Shown piece after piece: positions 41,041 through 54,680 of a DNA stretch of 64,000 nt (position 1 is its first letter; each line of letters opens with the position of its first letter). The DNA comes from Chrysomallon squamiferum (Eukaryota; Animalia; Mollusca). Position numbers and translations under genes: made by a program. Location: NCBI GenBank assembly GCA_012295275.1, contig CM022677.1, positions 5,580,001-5,644,000 of the forward strand. The letters are read 5' to 3'. Below the pieces are notes generated by a model. That model searched no databases, had not been told where the DNA came from, and saw only the letters and a program-made list of their open reading frames with translations.

Positions 41041-41200
41041 TTGTATGTACGGCTGAACAGACTCTGCACGCAGACAATATTCGTGAACGCACTGGTAGGA
41101 CAAAGTCCAGTCACGACTCACAAACCTGTCAGATGCTGCTAACGAGACTCGAACCTATGACACCCATTCACCTGTACTCCGAAGATGGACGATGTTACCG
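41041..41200 (-). mobile_element. tRNA-derived SINE fragment
   Basis: Minus strand carries a B-box GGTTCGAGTCT (plus strand GAGACTCGAACC ~41145-41156) in a GC-rich island flanked by microsatellites; A box truncated. Confidence 0.55.
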
Positions 41201-41454
41201 TATGTTTGTGTGTGTTTGTGTTCATGTATGCATATATACATATAAAATATATGTGTGTGTGTGTCTGTCTGTATGTATGTATATGTGTATAATATATATA
41301 TATGTGTGTATTATCTGTAAATGTATGTGCATGTGTCTGTGTATGTATATATGTACGTAGTTGTGTGTGTGTGTGTGTGTATAATATTTATACCTGAAAT
41401 TATTATCATTATTATTTATTCATTTCATTTTATTTGTCATTATTTTTATTTCGA

Positions 41455-41472
41455 TATTATTATTATTATTAA

Positions 41473-41524
<52 letters not shown>

Positions 41525-41830
41525 GGATCAGTTTATTTTAGAACAACTACAACTATAACATGACACATGCATATATATATAATAATAAAATGAAATGAAA
41601 TGAAATTAAATAAATAAATAATGATAATAATTTCAAGTATAAATATTTACACAAACTGTCGAAGTGCCCCAATATGAAATAATGAGTGACTAACAACACT
41701 TGTTTTGTTTTATTCGTGACAAAAATTCTGTGATGATTAGAATTTAGCTTACACGTGCACTACACGTTACACACATATCAGTAACACCAAGAATGTCTTT
41801 ATGTTTTACACTGTGCATAAAGAGAAACAC

Positions 41831-41883
<53 letters not shown>

Positions 41884-41965
41884 TAACAATAACAAGAACA
41901 ATAATAACAATAATAACAATAATAATAATAATAATAATAATAGTAATAATGAGAGAGAGAGAGAT
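41455..41965. repeat. (ATT)n and (AAT)n microsatellites in opposite orientation, plus short (GA)n
   Basis: 41458-41525 (ATT)n; 41831-41950 (AAT/AAC)n. Confidence 0.95.
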
Positions 41966-42111
41966 CTTTATTCATGTTTGTCTCATAATTGTTTTTGGAA
42001 AATCCTTGTCTAAAGAGAAAGTTTTATAAAGTATGTCAGGCAGAATAGAAAGAAGAAAATGAAGTAGAATAGATGAGTGCACTTGCACCACTTAGTACTA
42101 CATTGATACCC

Positions 42112-42630
42112 ATTATTTATATTTCACATACAGACAGACAGACATACAGACAGGTGAACATCAAGAAACATTGTAGTTTACTGTTCATTGTTTCACAACT
42201 ACTTTGTACTACACTGATATTATACACATTATTTATATTTCACAGACAGACAGACAGACATACAGATAGGTGAACATCAAGAAACATTGTAGTTTACTGT
42301 TCATTGTTTCACAACTACTTTGTACTACACTGATATTATACACATTATTTATATTTATATTTCACAGACAGACAGACAGACATACAGATAGGTGAACATC
42401 AAGAAACATTGTAGTTTACTGTTCATTGTTTCACAACTACTTTGTACTACACTGATATTATACACATTATTTATATTTCACAGACAGACAGACATACAGA
42501 CAGGTGAACATCAAGAAACATTGTTTAGTTTACTGTTCATTGTTTCACAACTATTTTTTTTGTACTACACTGATATTATACTACACATTATTTATATTTC
42601 ACATACAGAAGGTGAACATCAAGAAACAAT
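42112..42630. repeat. ~110-120 bp tandem repeat, ~4.5 copies, with internal (CAGA)n
   Basis: GGTGAACATCAAGAAACA recurs at ~42153, 42269, 42391, 42503 and 42611. Confidence 0.93.
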
Positions 42631-42803
42631 GTAAATAGTTTTAAAATATAAATGAAATAATGACTGAAGAATTTAATTTTTATCTTTTAAATATTTTATT
42701 GCAGTTTTGTTTTATTACACTGGAGTATGTAGAAATATATATTTAAATATCAAGTTTCTTTGAAATAAACTACTTAACAAAATAATAGAATAGTTTAAAT
42801 ATA

Positions 42804-42855
<52 letters not shown>

Positions 42856-45026
42856 TACATACATATATATATAAGATGGGGAATATTTCAAGAGTTTGTC
42901 TGAAAGTAAAATTTGTTTGACATTTAGCAAGTTTAAACTATAAAGTAATTCATAATAATAATAAAAAAAACAACTTTTCATTATTATTTTCTTTAAGAAA
43001 AATAAAATAAACAAATTAACTTATATTATTTTAGAATAAATAAATAACTGATATTCTCTTTATTTATTAGTTCGTGTAAAGAAAAATACTTTGTTTACAT
43101 TTTCTTTTTTTGACAACACACTCAGACACTGATCGTGAACTGTGAGATTATGCGGTCCGGGGATCAAATCTGTTGAGATAGAATTAATGAGCTGACCACT
43201 CTCTGTCAGTATGTCCAAGTACTGACCATTTAAAAACAATATTTAAAAACAATATTTTAGTTTCATCTGGCACAACAACAACAACAACAACATCACCCCA
43301 CTGATCACGTGATTCAGCAAGACCGACTAGTGGAGAGGAAGTCACGTGTTTGTTTATCAGTGATTTTCTTTCTATACAAAAACATTTTACACATCTATTG
43401 ATTTTATCACTAACAACAATTTTACTCTTGTCCTCACCTGACACCAGGATGGATTTCACACAAGGACTGAATTTATCTTCTTGTGTTTTTGTGTTAATGG
43501 TGTCTGTGTGTTTGAATGTGTCTGTGTGTTTGTCTATTTGTGTGTCTCGTGTGTTGTGTGTTTGTGTTTATGGTGTCTGTGTGTTTGAGTGTGTGTGTCT
43601 GTCTGTCTATCTGTGTGTTGTGTTTTTGTGTTAATGGTGTCTGTCCGACTATCTGAGTGTCTGTGTGTTGTGTTTTTGTGTTAATGGTGTCTGTGAGTTT
43701 GAGTGTGTCTGTCTGTTTGTCTGTCTGTGTGACATGTTGAAGTATATTTGCACACTGACAATTCTAAAATAGTAAATATTATTTAAAAATAAATAAAAAC
43801 TTTACTATATAGCTATATTTGTTTACTAACGGTAAAATGGTGAAGTGTGTGTGGATATTGAGAATTCTGCAACAGTAAATATTAGTTATTTTGTTCTTGA
43901 TGTAAAATCATGTGATGGCAAGCTACAAACTGTACAGAGATCAGTGTTTCTAAATTATTAATATAATTTGTTTGTTTTTTGTTGTGTTTTTTTACCAAAA
44001 TATACAGAACTGTTGAGATATGTATATATTTCCACATTTCTAAATAACAAATAATTTAATTAAATTCTTTTTCTTGATACAATGTCAGGTACAATGTGTG
44101 GACACTGATATTATAAAATATAGAATCATTTATCTAAAACTATTATAAAGATTTAAACTTATAATGTTTAGCATGATTCATTAATCATATAACATATAAT
44201 AATGTAAAAAGTCTGAGATAAAAATAATGATTAGAATTACTATTATAATTTCATCTTTAAAGAACTACTCATTAAGAAATTATTTATTTTATTTTTATTT
44301 GATGTTCATAATTAACCCAATATAACAGTATATAACCTTGCTGATGAAACTGAAATTACATGTTGACCTCAATCGGGCCTCCTGCACTTTTTGATCCTGA
44401 AAGTAAAATTTGGAATTAAAATAATAATAATAATAATAATAATAATAGTAACAATAGCACTAACAATAATACTAATAACAATAATAGTAATAATGTGTGT
44501 GAGTGTGCATGTACGTATATAAAAGATTGTCAGTTATAAAAAATAATAACATCAACAATAAAGAAAGAACCAGTGAAACAAATGAGATAAGTAAGTAGCT
44601 AAATAAGTAAATGCATAGCAATGAATGAAATAAGTAAAAAAGCCGATAACTGAAATAAATAAGAAAGTAAATAAAGTAAATATTTCAAAAAGTATATATA
44701 TATTTTTTAAATACCTGCAATGCATATTTTTCTTTCAGTTAGAGAGCAGAGGCAGATTTCCTTTTTAAATTAGTCATAAACTGAGTTACATTTTATAAAT
44801 CATGTAAAAACAAAATCACTGCCACAAAACATTGTATTCACAAACAAGTATTGATTATGAATACTGAATACTACTAAATGTTAACATTCTCATTCTACAT
44901 GAGTCAGTTTTACATATCATTTAGCATTCACAATTACTTAGTCAAACAATGGAAATCAAATACAAATATGAATATTCATGATTAAGTAATGAATATTAAT
45001 GTTATGTAAATGAGTACAGGACTTAC

Positions 45027-45213
45027 AGGGTCTGGAGATTCACAAACTGCTGATGTCTGCCTGGTCTGTTCACCTCTCACTCGATTCATCATCATCTCCA
45101 GTGTTGACAGCCAGTAACTGTAACCATTCTGTGATGCTGTGCTGCACACATTGTTGATGTTGCAGAACTTAAAAACATGTTTGTAAATCATTTCAAACAG
45201 CTGACAGCAGTAC
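45027..45213 (-). pseudogene. COL4A1: Collagen IV alpha1-type NC1 domain exon, pseudogenised
   Basis: CTGCAG|GT ACT GCT GTC AGC TGT TTG AAA TGA TTT ACA AAC ATG [frameshift] ..[41 protein letters not shown] versus the family [51 protein letters not shown]; in-frame TGA and frameshift. Confidence 0.9.
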
Positions 45214-45510
45214 CTGCAGTGTAATTTTAATATTTTTTATTGTTAATTAGAATTCTCTTTCTGTGTTTTTATAAAACCTAAACCATCTTCCCATTCAATA
45301 AATGTTTATCCCGAGAAAAGCTAAAATTATAGAAACAGTTTGAGCTTGAAATGAATTTAAAGAAAATATATATTTTAGTTTATTTATTTAGCATATCCGA
45401 AAAAGTCAATGCCTTTACTTCAATCTTCAGTTTTTATAACATTAGAACAGGAAACTAACCCATAAGTTCAAGAACTTAAGACAGCTCAATAGAAAGAAAA
45501 AATGTTTCAT

Positions 45511-48500
45511 TCAGTCAACTACACAAATCCTGTACATGACACAAACAAGTGAGCAGTCAACTACACAAATCCTGTCCATGACACAAACAAGTGAGTAGTC
45601 AACTACACAAATCCTGTCCATGACACAAACAAGTGAGTAGTCAACTACAAAAATCCTGTACAAGACACAAACAAGTGAGCAGTCAACTACACAAATCCTG
45701 TCCATGACACAAACAAGTGAGCAGTCAACTACACAAATCCTGTATATGTGCTCTGGAGTTGTCCATCACACAAACAAGTGAGTAGTCAACTACAAAAATC
45801 CTGTACATGACAGAAACAAGTGAGCAGTCAACTACACAAATCCTGTCCATGTGCTCTGGAGTTGTCCATGACACAAACAAGTGAGCAGTCAACTACACAA
45901 ATCCTGTATATGTGCTCTGGAGTTGTCCATGACACAAACAAGTGAGCAGTCAACTACACAAATCCTGTCCATGTGCTCTGGAGTTGTCCATGACACAAAC
46001 AAGTGAGCAGTCAACTACACAAATCCTGTACATGTGCTCTGGAGTTGTCCATGACACAAACAAGTGAGCAGTCAACTACACAAATCCTGTCTATGTGCTC
46101 TGGACTTGTCCATGACACAAACAAGTGAGCAGTCAACTACACAAATCCTGTACATGTGCTCTGGAGTTGTCCATGACACAAACAAGTGAGCAGTCAACTA
46201 CACAAATCCTGTACATGTGCTCTGGAGTTGTCCATGACACAAACAAGTGAGCAGTCAACTACACAAATCCTGTCTATGTGCTCTGGACTTATCCATCACA
46301 CAAACAAGTGAGCAGTCAACTACACAAATCGTGTACATGACACAAACAAATGAGTAGTCAACTACACAAATCCTGTACATGACACAAACAAGTGAGCAGT
46401 CAACTACACAAATCCTGTATATGTGCTCTGGAGTTGTCCATGACACAAACAAGTGAGCAGTCAACTACACAAATCCTGTACATGTGCTCTGGAGTTGTCC
46501 ATGACACAAACAAGTGAGCAGTCAACTACACAAATCCTGTCTATGTGCTCTGGACTTATCCATCACACAAACAAGTGAGCAGTCAACTACACAAATCCTG
46601 TCCATGACATAAACAAGTGAGCAGTCAACTACACAAATCCTGTTCATGACACAAACAAGTGAGCAGTCAACTACACAAATCCTGTCTATGTGCTCTGGAG
46701 TTGTCCATGACACAAACAAGTGAGCAGTCAACTACACAAATCCTGTCCAGTGAGTTGTCCAGACACAAACAAGTGAGCAGTCAACTACACAAATCCTGTC
46801 CATGTGCTCTGGAGTTGTCCATGACACAAACAAGTGAGCAGTCAACTACACAAATCCTGTCCATGTGCTCTGGAGTTGTCCATGACACAAACAAGTGAGC
46901 AGTCAACAAATCCTGTCAAGCAGTCAACTACACAAATCCTGTCCATGTGCTCTGGAGTTGTCCATGACACAAACAAGTGAGCAGTCAACTACACAAATCC
47001 TGTCTATGTGCTCTGGAGTTGTCCATGACACAAACAAGTGAGCAGTCAACTACACAAATCCTGTCCATGTGCTCTGGAGTTGTCCATGACACAAACAAGT
47101 GAGCAGTCAACTACACAAATCCTGTCTATGTGCTCTGGAGTTGTCCATGACACAAACAAGTGAGCAGTCAACTACACAAATCCTGTCCATGTGCTCTGGA
47201 GTTGTCCATGACACAAACAAGTGAGCAGTCAACTACACAAATCCTGTACATGTGCTCTGGACTTGTCCATGACACAAACAAGTGAGCAGTCAACTACACA
47301 AATCCTGTCTATGTGTCTCTCCATGTGGACTTATCCATGACACAAACAAGTGAGCAGTCAACTACACAAATCCTGTCTATGTGCTCTGGACTTGTCCATG
47401 ACACAAACAAGTGAGCAGTCAACTACACAAATCCTGTCTATGTGCTCTGGACTTGTCCATGACACAAACAAGTGAGCAGTCAACTACACAAATCCTGTCT
47501 GTGCTCTGGACTTGTCCATGACACAAACAAGTGAGCAGTCAACTACACAAATCCTGTCTATGTGCTCTGGACTTGTCCATGACACAAACAAGTGAGCAGT
47601 CAACTACACAAATCCTGTCTATGTGCTCTGGACTTGTCCATGACACAAACAAGTGAGCAGTCAACTACACAAATCCTGTCTATGTGCTCTGGACTTGTCC
47701 ATGACACAAACAAGTGAGCAGTCAACTACACAAACTATGTGCTCTGGAGTTGTCCATGACACAAACAAGTGAGCAGTCAACTACACAAATCCTGTCCATG
47801 ACACAAACAAGTGAGCAGTCAACTACACAAATCCTGTCTATGTGCTCTGGACTTGTCCATGACACAAACAAGTGAGCAGTCAACTACACAAAACATGTGC
47901 TCTGGACTTGTCCATGACACAAACAAGTGAGCAGTCAACTACACAAATCCTGTCTATGTGCTCTGGACTTGTCCATGACACAAACAAGTGAGCAGTCAAC
48001 TACACAAATCCTGTCCATGACATAAACAATGTGCTCTGGAGTTGTCCATGACACAAACAAGTGAGCAGTCAACTACACAAATCCTGTCTATGTGCTCTGG
48101 ACTTGTCCATGACACAAACAAGTGAGCAGTCAACTACACAAATCCTGTACATGTGCTCTGGAGTTGTCCATGACACAAACAAGTGAGCAGTCAACTACAC
48201 AAATCCTGTACATGTCTCTGGAGTTGTCCATGACACAAACAAGTGAGCAGTCAACTACACAAATCCTGTCTATGTGCTCTGGAGTTGTCCATGACACAAA
48301 CAAGTGAGCAGTCAACTACACAAATCCTGTCTCTTGCTCTGGACTTGTCCATGACACAAACAAGTGAGCAGTCAACTACACAAATCCTGTGCATGTGCTC
48401 TGGAGTTGTCCATCAAACAATGACACAAACTATGTGCTCTGGACTTGTCCATGACACAAACAGTGAGAGCAGTCAACTACACAAATCCTGTCTATGTGCT

Positions 48501-49497
48501 CTGGACTTGTCCATGACACAAACAAGTGAGTAGTCAACTACACAAATCCTGTCTATGTGCTCTGGACTTGTCCATGACACAAACAAGTGAGTAGTCAACT
48601 ACACAAATCCTGTCCATGACATAAACAAGTGAGTAGTCAACTACACAAATCCTGTACATGACATAAACAAGTGAGTAGTCAAGTACACAAATGCTCTGGA
48701 CTTGTCCATGACACAAACAAGTCCTGTCCACAAATCCTGTCTATGTGCTCTGGACTTGTCCATACACAAACAAGTGAGCAGTCAACTACACAAATCCTGT
48801 ACATGTGCTCTGGAGTTGTCCATGACACAAACAAGTGAGCAGTCAACTCTCTGGACTTGTCCAAAATGAACAGTCAACTGTCCCATGACTTGTCCAACAC
48901 AAACAAGTGAGTAGTCAACTACACAAATCATGTGTCCTTGTCCACAAAAGTGAGCAGTCAACTACACAAATCCTGTCCATGACACAAACAAGTACACAAA
49001 TCCTGTCCATGACACAAACAAGTGAGTAGTCAACTACACAAATCCTGTCCATGACACAAACAAGTGAGCAGTCAACTACACAAATCCTGTCCATGACACA
49101 AACAAGTGAGCAGTCAACTACACAAATCCTGTCCATGACACAAACAAGTGAGTAGTCAACTACACAAATCCTGTCCATGACACAAACAAGTGAGTAGTCA
49201 ACTACACAAATCCTGTACATGACACAAACAAGTGAGCAGTCAACTACACAAATCCTGTACATGACACAAACAAGTGAGTAGTCAACTACACAAATCCTGT
49301 ACATGACACAAACAAGTGAGTAGTCAACTACACAAATCCTGTACATGACACAAACAAGTGAGCAGTCAACTACACAAATCGTGTACATGACACAAACAAG
49401 TGAGTAGTCAACTACACAAATCCTGTACATGACACAAACAAGTGAGTAGGCAACTACACAAATCCTGTACATGACACAAACAAGTGAGTAGTCAACC
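45511..49497. repeat. Intronic satellite of mixed 42-bp and 61-bp units (~4 kb)
   Basis: 42-mer CAGTCAACTACACAAATCCTGTACATGACACAAACAAGTGAG; the 61-mer adds TGCTCTGGAGTTGTCCATG. Confidence 0.98.
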
Positions 49498-49500
49498 TAC

Positions 49501-49710
49501 ATCTTGTATGTTCCTGCACTTTCCTACTCTACACACCTAGAAACAAGAAACCAAGACATGGATTATCAGAAACACCAGGAAACACCATGAGACCAGGAAC
49601 ACAATCATTACCATGAAGTCCTTGAACACTGGGTGCAACAGGATCTCCATGGATACCAAGTTCTCCAGTGTAATCAGCTTCACCTTTTCTACCTGATATA
49701 AAGTCACAAC
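49501..49710 (-). pseudogene. Decayed collagen triple-helix (Gly-X-Y) exon
   Basis: ACAG|GT..GRK GEA DYT GEL GIH GDP VAP SVQ GLH GND CVP GLM VFP GVS DNP..GV*; Gly positions replaced by single-base neighbours (GAT, GTT, AGT, TGT, GTG); split-Gly phase-1 start typical of collagen IV; in-frame TAG. Confidence 0.85.
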
Positions 49711-50281
49711 CTGTATCAGAGAAAAACACAATTTTATTATTCAGGTATTAATTAACTGGGTAGTTTTTTCCAGGTGAAAAGGGTAACCATGGAAATCTAG
49801 ATCAATTGATTTTCACATTCTGTTCTCACACATACTTCTTTCCTCTATTTTTGTTTACTTTACAAAAGAAATGCTTCATGGCTAAAATTATAAATAAATC
49901 CTAGGTTATTGTAATTATTACAAACATTTTAAAAACAAATATGTTTTTTAGACTTCTCCTGAAAAGACACAGTATGAAAAATGATTCATAACCTGAAAGG
50001 TTAGAAATAAAAATGGTGTTAAATCTATTTTTTCAAGTAACAGATCATCAGATAGTGATAAAGATTAGAACTATTAATAAAGTGTCACTTCCTGGACCAC
50101 AGAAATATTCAAAACTCATATTTAAATAATCAAGAGCACTGACTTTTATCCCTTTGTAGATTGTGGTAAATAATGAAAGTTTTGATTTGATTACTTATGC
50201 ATGAAGAAGACTGGAACAGATATAAGAAAAAAAAAAAGGTTGGCACATGTTTCAGATCAAAGCTAAACTAATTAAACCTAC

Positions 50282-52767
50282 CCTTGAGTAGCCATATTTA
50301 ACTTCTGCTTTTTGAAGGTTGCTTCCTGGCTGATTGTGGGTGAGAAGTAAAATGATCTGCTGGTCATCGGTCAGGAAATAACTGTCCAGTCTTATCAACA
50401 AAATGCTGAAATGTAAAAAAAAGGTAGTTGGATGTTATTTTCAAATAAATATTTTCCCTACAACATGTCTGTATATATCTATCTATACTTACTATACCCA
50501 GTTTAGAGTCATGTAATTCACACTGAATTTACTCTGGCAATAATAACTATTTCAATCATTTATAAATATATGTTTTGTAAATAGAAGATTCAATATTATA
50601 TACCTTGCAATTTTGTATTTAAGGCTGTAACACTTTTGTTTTAAACTAATACTGGATGTTAATCAAATACTATTTTTTCATATTTCTATTATCTGTTTTT
50701 GTTGTTGTTGTTTTTTATTACAAATTAAAGAAATTTAAAACGACAATTATGTTGTCCAATAACTGGTCCAATGAAGCTCTAATATGTTCAGTTCTGTGGT
50801 TGGAGAATTTCAAAATTCTTACCTTTGTACAAACATATCTATTTGAGTTAATTTTCAGTGGATTCAGCTATTCCTATCTCTTGTGGCCTTCCACATAAAC
50901 TTGATAAAATGATCCACACGAGGTATTTTTGTAACTTTGATTTAGCCTGAAACAGAGAAATATATGTGGTGAAAAAGATACACAAGAATCAAGAAAAACA
51001 TTTAGTTACAGATAACTAAGAAAAGAAAGAAATAATGATATATTCAAGAATAATAAATACCAAATAATAATAATAACAACAACAACAATAATAATAATAA
51101 TTAAATTTTAATTTTCAGTGATTAACTCTGAATGTTTTTAAACTTGAGCAATAACAGATTAGAGTATTACTGTAAAAACATACAAGTATATAAATTTCTT
51201 CATAGACTGAGTCAACAGAGTATTACTGTAAAAACATACATGTATATAAAACTTCTTCATAGACTGAGTCAACAGAGTATTACTGTAAAAACATACATGT
51301 ATATAAAACTTCTTCATAGACTAAATCAACAGAGTATTACTGTAAAAACATACAAGTATATAAAACTTCTTCATAGACTAAATCAACAGAGTATTACTGT
51401 AAAAACATACAAGTATATAAAATTTCTTCATAGACTAAATCAACAGAGTATTACTGTAAAAACATACATGTATATAAAACTTCTTCATAGACAAGTATTA
51501 ACTAACAGAGTAGTATATAAAACTTCTTCATAGAAAACTAAAACAACACTGTAAAAACATATGTATATAAAATTTCTTCATAGACTGAGTCAACAGAGTA
51601 TTACTGTAAAAACATACATGTATATAAAACTTCTTCATAGACTGAGTCAACAGAGTATGACTGTAAAAACATACATGTATATAAAATTTCTTCACAGACT
51701 GAGTCAAGAGGCCTGTACTCTATTCAACCCAATCTGTTATGACATTTCTCTTAGTTTTTATCTAGCTTTGCCTAAAAATGTGGCCTTCCAATTACCAAAA
51801 AATATATTTGTTTTATATTCTTTGTAGTTATTTCATGTTCTTGTTATTTTTGTTATTGTATTATTATTTTTTTTTTAATGTAGATATATATATATCTTAA
51901 CAAAAATTATAGTGAATTTCAACATGGATATGAAAATAGTAAATATGAATATAGCAATTATGAATATAGCTGATACTAATATAGTATTTAGCTCTGTATT
52001 ATTTATTTGCATTCCAAACTTTTACTGTTATAATTATAATATTAGAATAATCAGTATTGTCATGACATAATAGTTACAGTTATTGATTAATGTTAAATTA
52101 ATCTAACTCTAACACATTTCACCTTACAAAATTTAAATAATAATATTAAACAAAATAATAATAAAAAAATAATACATCTGTGAACAACACAAAAAGAATA
52201 AATGTAAAGAATCAATATCACATATGTAAAACACACACACACAAAAAGAATGAAACCAGATAACCATTACATTATTGTATTTTTATTTAAGACAAATCAA
52301 TGTAAAAATGTCCTATGAACAAATGACAAGGATGACTAGAAGATTCAGTCACCCAGTCACACATTTAATAATACACAAATGTATCAGAAACAGATTAGTG
52401 TATCTGTCACTGTTTACTGCAGAACACCTAGAGATCTCTTGTGGAACCCCAGTTGAGAATCATCGATAGATCTAACAATTTACTCAGTCTGTGAGGAATT
52501 TTTCTTCACACAGAGTGTCACAATAAAAATAAAAATGTCAGTGCTTGTGGAACTTAAGACATACTGAATATCATTTTTTAAATATATCATACCTTCTAGA
52601 AACAATTAGCATTTTGAATTTTGTAAACTGGATAGTTTGTGAACTATGTCAAACCAAAGCTGCTAAAAACTGTATAACTTACGCACAGAAATGATGTTAG
52701 TCCAGCATATAAAACTTGCACATAATTTCATCTTTTTCTCCGAGTCTCACTATTTCTGTCTCTGGGT
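50282..52767 (-). pseudogene. Candidate upstream exons of the same decayed locus (52683-52767 with MKLCASFICWTNIISV, 52593-52627, 50823-50946, 50282-50405)
   Basis: AG/GT-bounded GC-richer islands; the first has an ATG at 52731 followed by a signal-peptide-like stretch and C|GTAAGT; later ones contain stops or do not chain in phase. Confidence 0.35.
51161..51708. repeat. 57-bp minisatellite, about 9-10 copies
   Basis: AGAGTATTACTGTAAAAACATACATGTATATAAAACTTCTTCATAGACTGAGTCAAC. Confidence 0.96.
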
Positions 52768-52779
52768 CTAAATTAGTGT

Positions 52780-52844
<65 letters not shown>

Positions 52845-54301
52845 TGTGCGTGTGTGTGTGTGTGTACGCATGTAACACTGGTGTCTGACGAAAATCTGCA
52901 ATGTTGTCTGCTTCTGCTTTGTTTGGATGTCAACAACACCGTCACTCGCTGTTTGCTAGGTAAATGTGAAATACTTTCAAATATGCTGCTATGATCGGAT
53001 ATTGTCAGTGAGTATATTATTTTTATTTTTATTTGTTTTTCAGATCATTTCTCAACTTGGTCTGAAGATTAAGTGACTGGCATACCGAAAATAGATCTAT
53101 GGTTTTTGATCGGAAATTAATTTAGCAAACCGAGCATTAAATTCTTTAATAATTCGATCTAGATCACTACATTAGTATCCAATTTAATAAACTCTTCCAA
53201 TTTTTCTAACATTTTAGCTGACATTTCTATATTTAATATCTTTTTGTATTTGAATAATCATTTATGATTGTGTACGACACAAAACAAATGTCTTTTGTGG
53301 TCAATAGAAAAACACACATGCTCTTACATACAAACAGAAAGAAAGAAAACTAGAAAAAAAGAAAGAAAGAATAAACAACAAAACAAAAGAAACAACAAAA
53401 TATGAAGAAAAAAGGGAAAAAGATGAAACAAGAATCAGAAAAAGCAAGGAAAAGAAAAGAAACAGGAAAAAGAATAAGCCAAGATATAATAAAAACAAAA
53501 CAAAAACAACACTCTCTCTCTCTCCTTCATAATTATGTAAAATTTATTAATATTAAACTAATTTTAAAATTCATTCAGTCTTAGTTCTTTGTTTTTTATC
53601 GATACATAATTTTGTTTTTATTACTAATACTTTTTAAACTTTAAGTGTAATGAAATAATGCATAAAATATAAGATAAAAATAAAATAATAATAACAATAA
53701 TAATAATAATTATTATTATTTGAATAGTATTAATTAATAATTAAATTAATAAATAAAAATAGTAAAATAAAAAATAATTCAAATATAGAATTCTTATTTG
53801 ATGTGAAGAAACAATATTTACAATATATATAAAAAACACAAACATATTTGTTATATAAGAACTTTTTTATTGAAACAAATTTGAAACACTTGAGAACTAA
53901 ACAAAAACAATGTATGATAATGTGTTCAAGGGACATAATTCTAAAACGAAAATGTGTGCTATACACGTTCTACAAAACTGCAAAACCTACTCCTATATTT
54001 TTGTAATAAGTCTTTTCCTGAGCAATTTTCACAAACTGAAAGAATTATCTCCCTTTACGTGTTTTTCTGTAAAGAGGTAAAATAAGTAATGGTTTCTCAG
54101 CCATCTTCTGACTTCTAAACAAACTTCAAATTCTGAAAAAAAAAAGAAAGAAGAAAAAAGAAAATAAAAAATCTGTTTATAACAATTATTTTTAAAAACT
54201 TAACTTTAATACTTCTTAACTTTAACAATTTCAAAAGTAGTGAGAGAAAATAAAAATAAAAAAGAACATAGAGAAAATTAATGACATCAACATACAAACT
54301 A

Positions 54302-54423
54302 CTACAGCACTGATTCTGCTCGGAATATTCCCTCCACTTCTGTTTCAGTCCCAGGGATTTCCTCGTCTTTTTCAAAACAAACTGTTGCTCCATCTTCGAA
54401 AGACACTTTATTTTCATAAAATG
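54302..54423 (-). CDS. EGFR: EGFR/ErbB-like RTK, terminal coding exon: (A)FYENKVSFEDGATVCFEKDEEIPGTETEVEGIFRAESVL*
   Basis: TTTTTTCAG acceptor; phase 1 matches the previous exon; open to TAG at 54302-54304; contains YEN and a C-terminal S-x-L motif. Confidence 0.75.
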
Positions 54424-54680
54424 CTGAAAAAAAATGAAACCAAGAAACAACAGATATTACAGTGTTTTTTAATTCTTTCATTTATTCTCTTCTCCATTCA
54501 TTCAATCATTTCTTCTTAGATTCACTTTTATTTTTTTGTCCTGAAATGGTACGTTCATTTTCAACCAATCACTACTTCATTTGTTCATTCATTTGTCCGT
54601 CCATCCACCCATTCATTCATTTATTCATTCATTTACTCATTCATTCACTCATTCATTTACTCATTCATTCACGATGTTAC

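Noticed and set aside
41140-41200. tRNA gene
   Set aside because: Only a B-box is recognisable; no cloverleaf; better explained as a SINE fragment.
44335-44400. Possible further collagen IV NC1 exon (..RSTCNFSF..) on the minus strand
   Set aside because: Has an acceptor but similarity to RGTCNYY is too short and the donor is weak.
45511-49472. Repetitive ORFs (YRICVVDYSLVCVM)n
   Set aside because: Translation artefacts of the 42-bp unit; broken by 61-bp units.
51132-51827. ORFs with 19-aa repeats
   Set aside because: Read-through of the 57-bp minisatellite; no splice or domain support.
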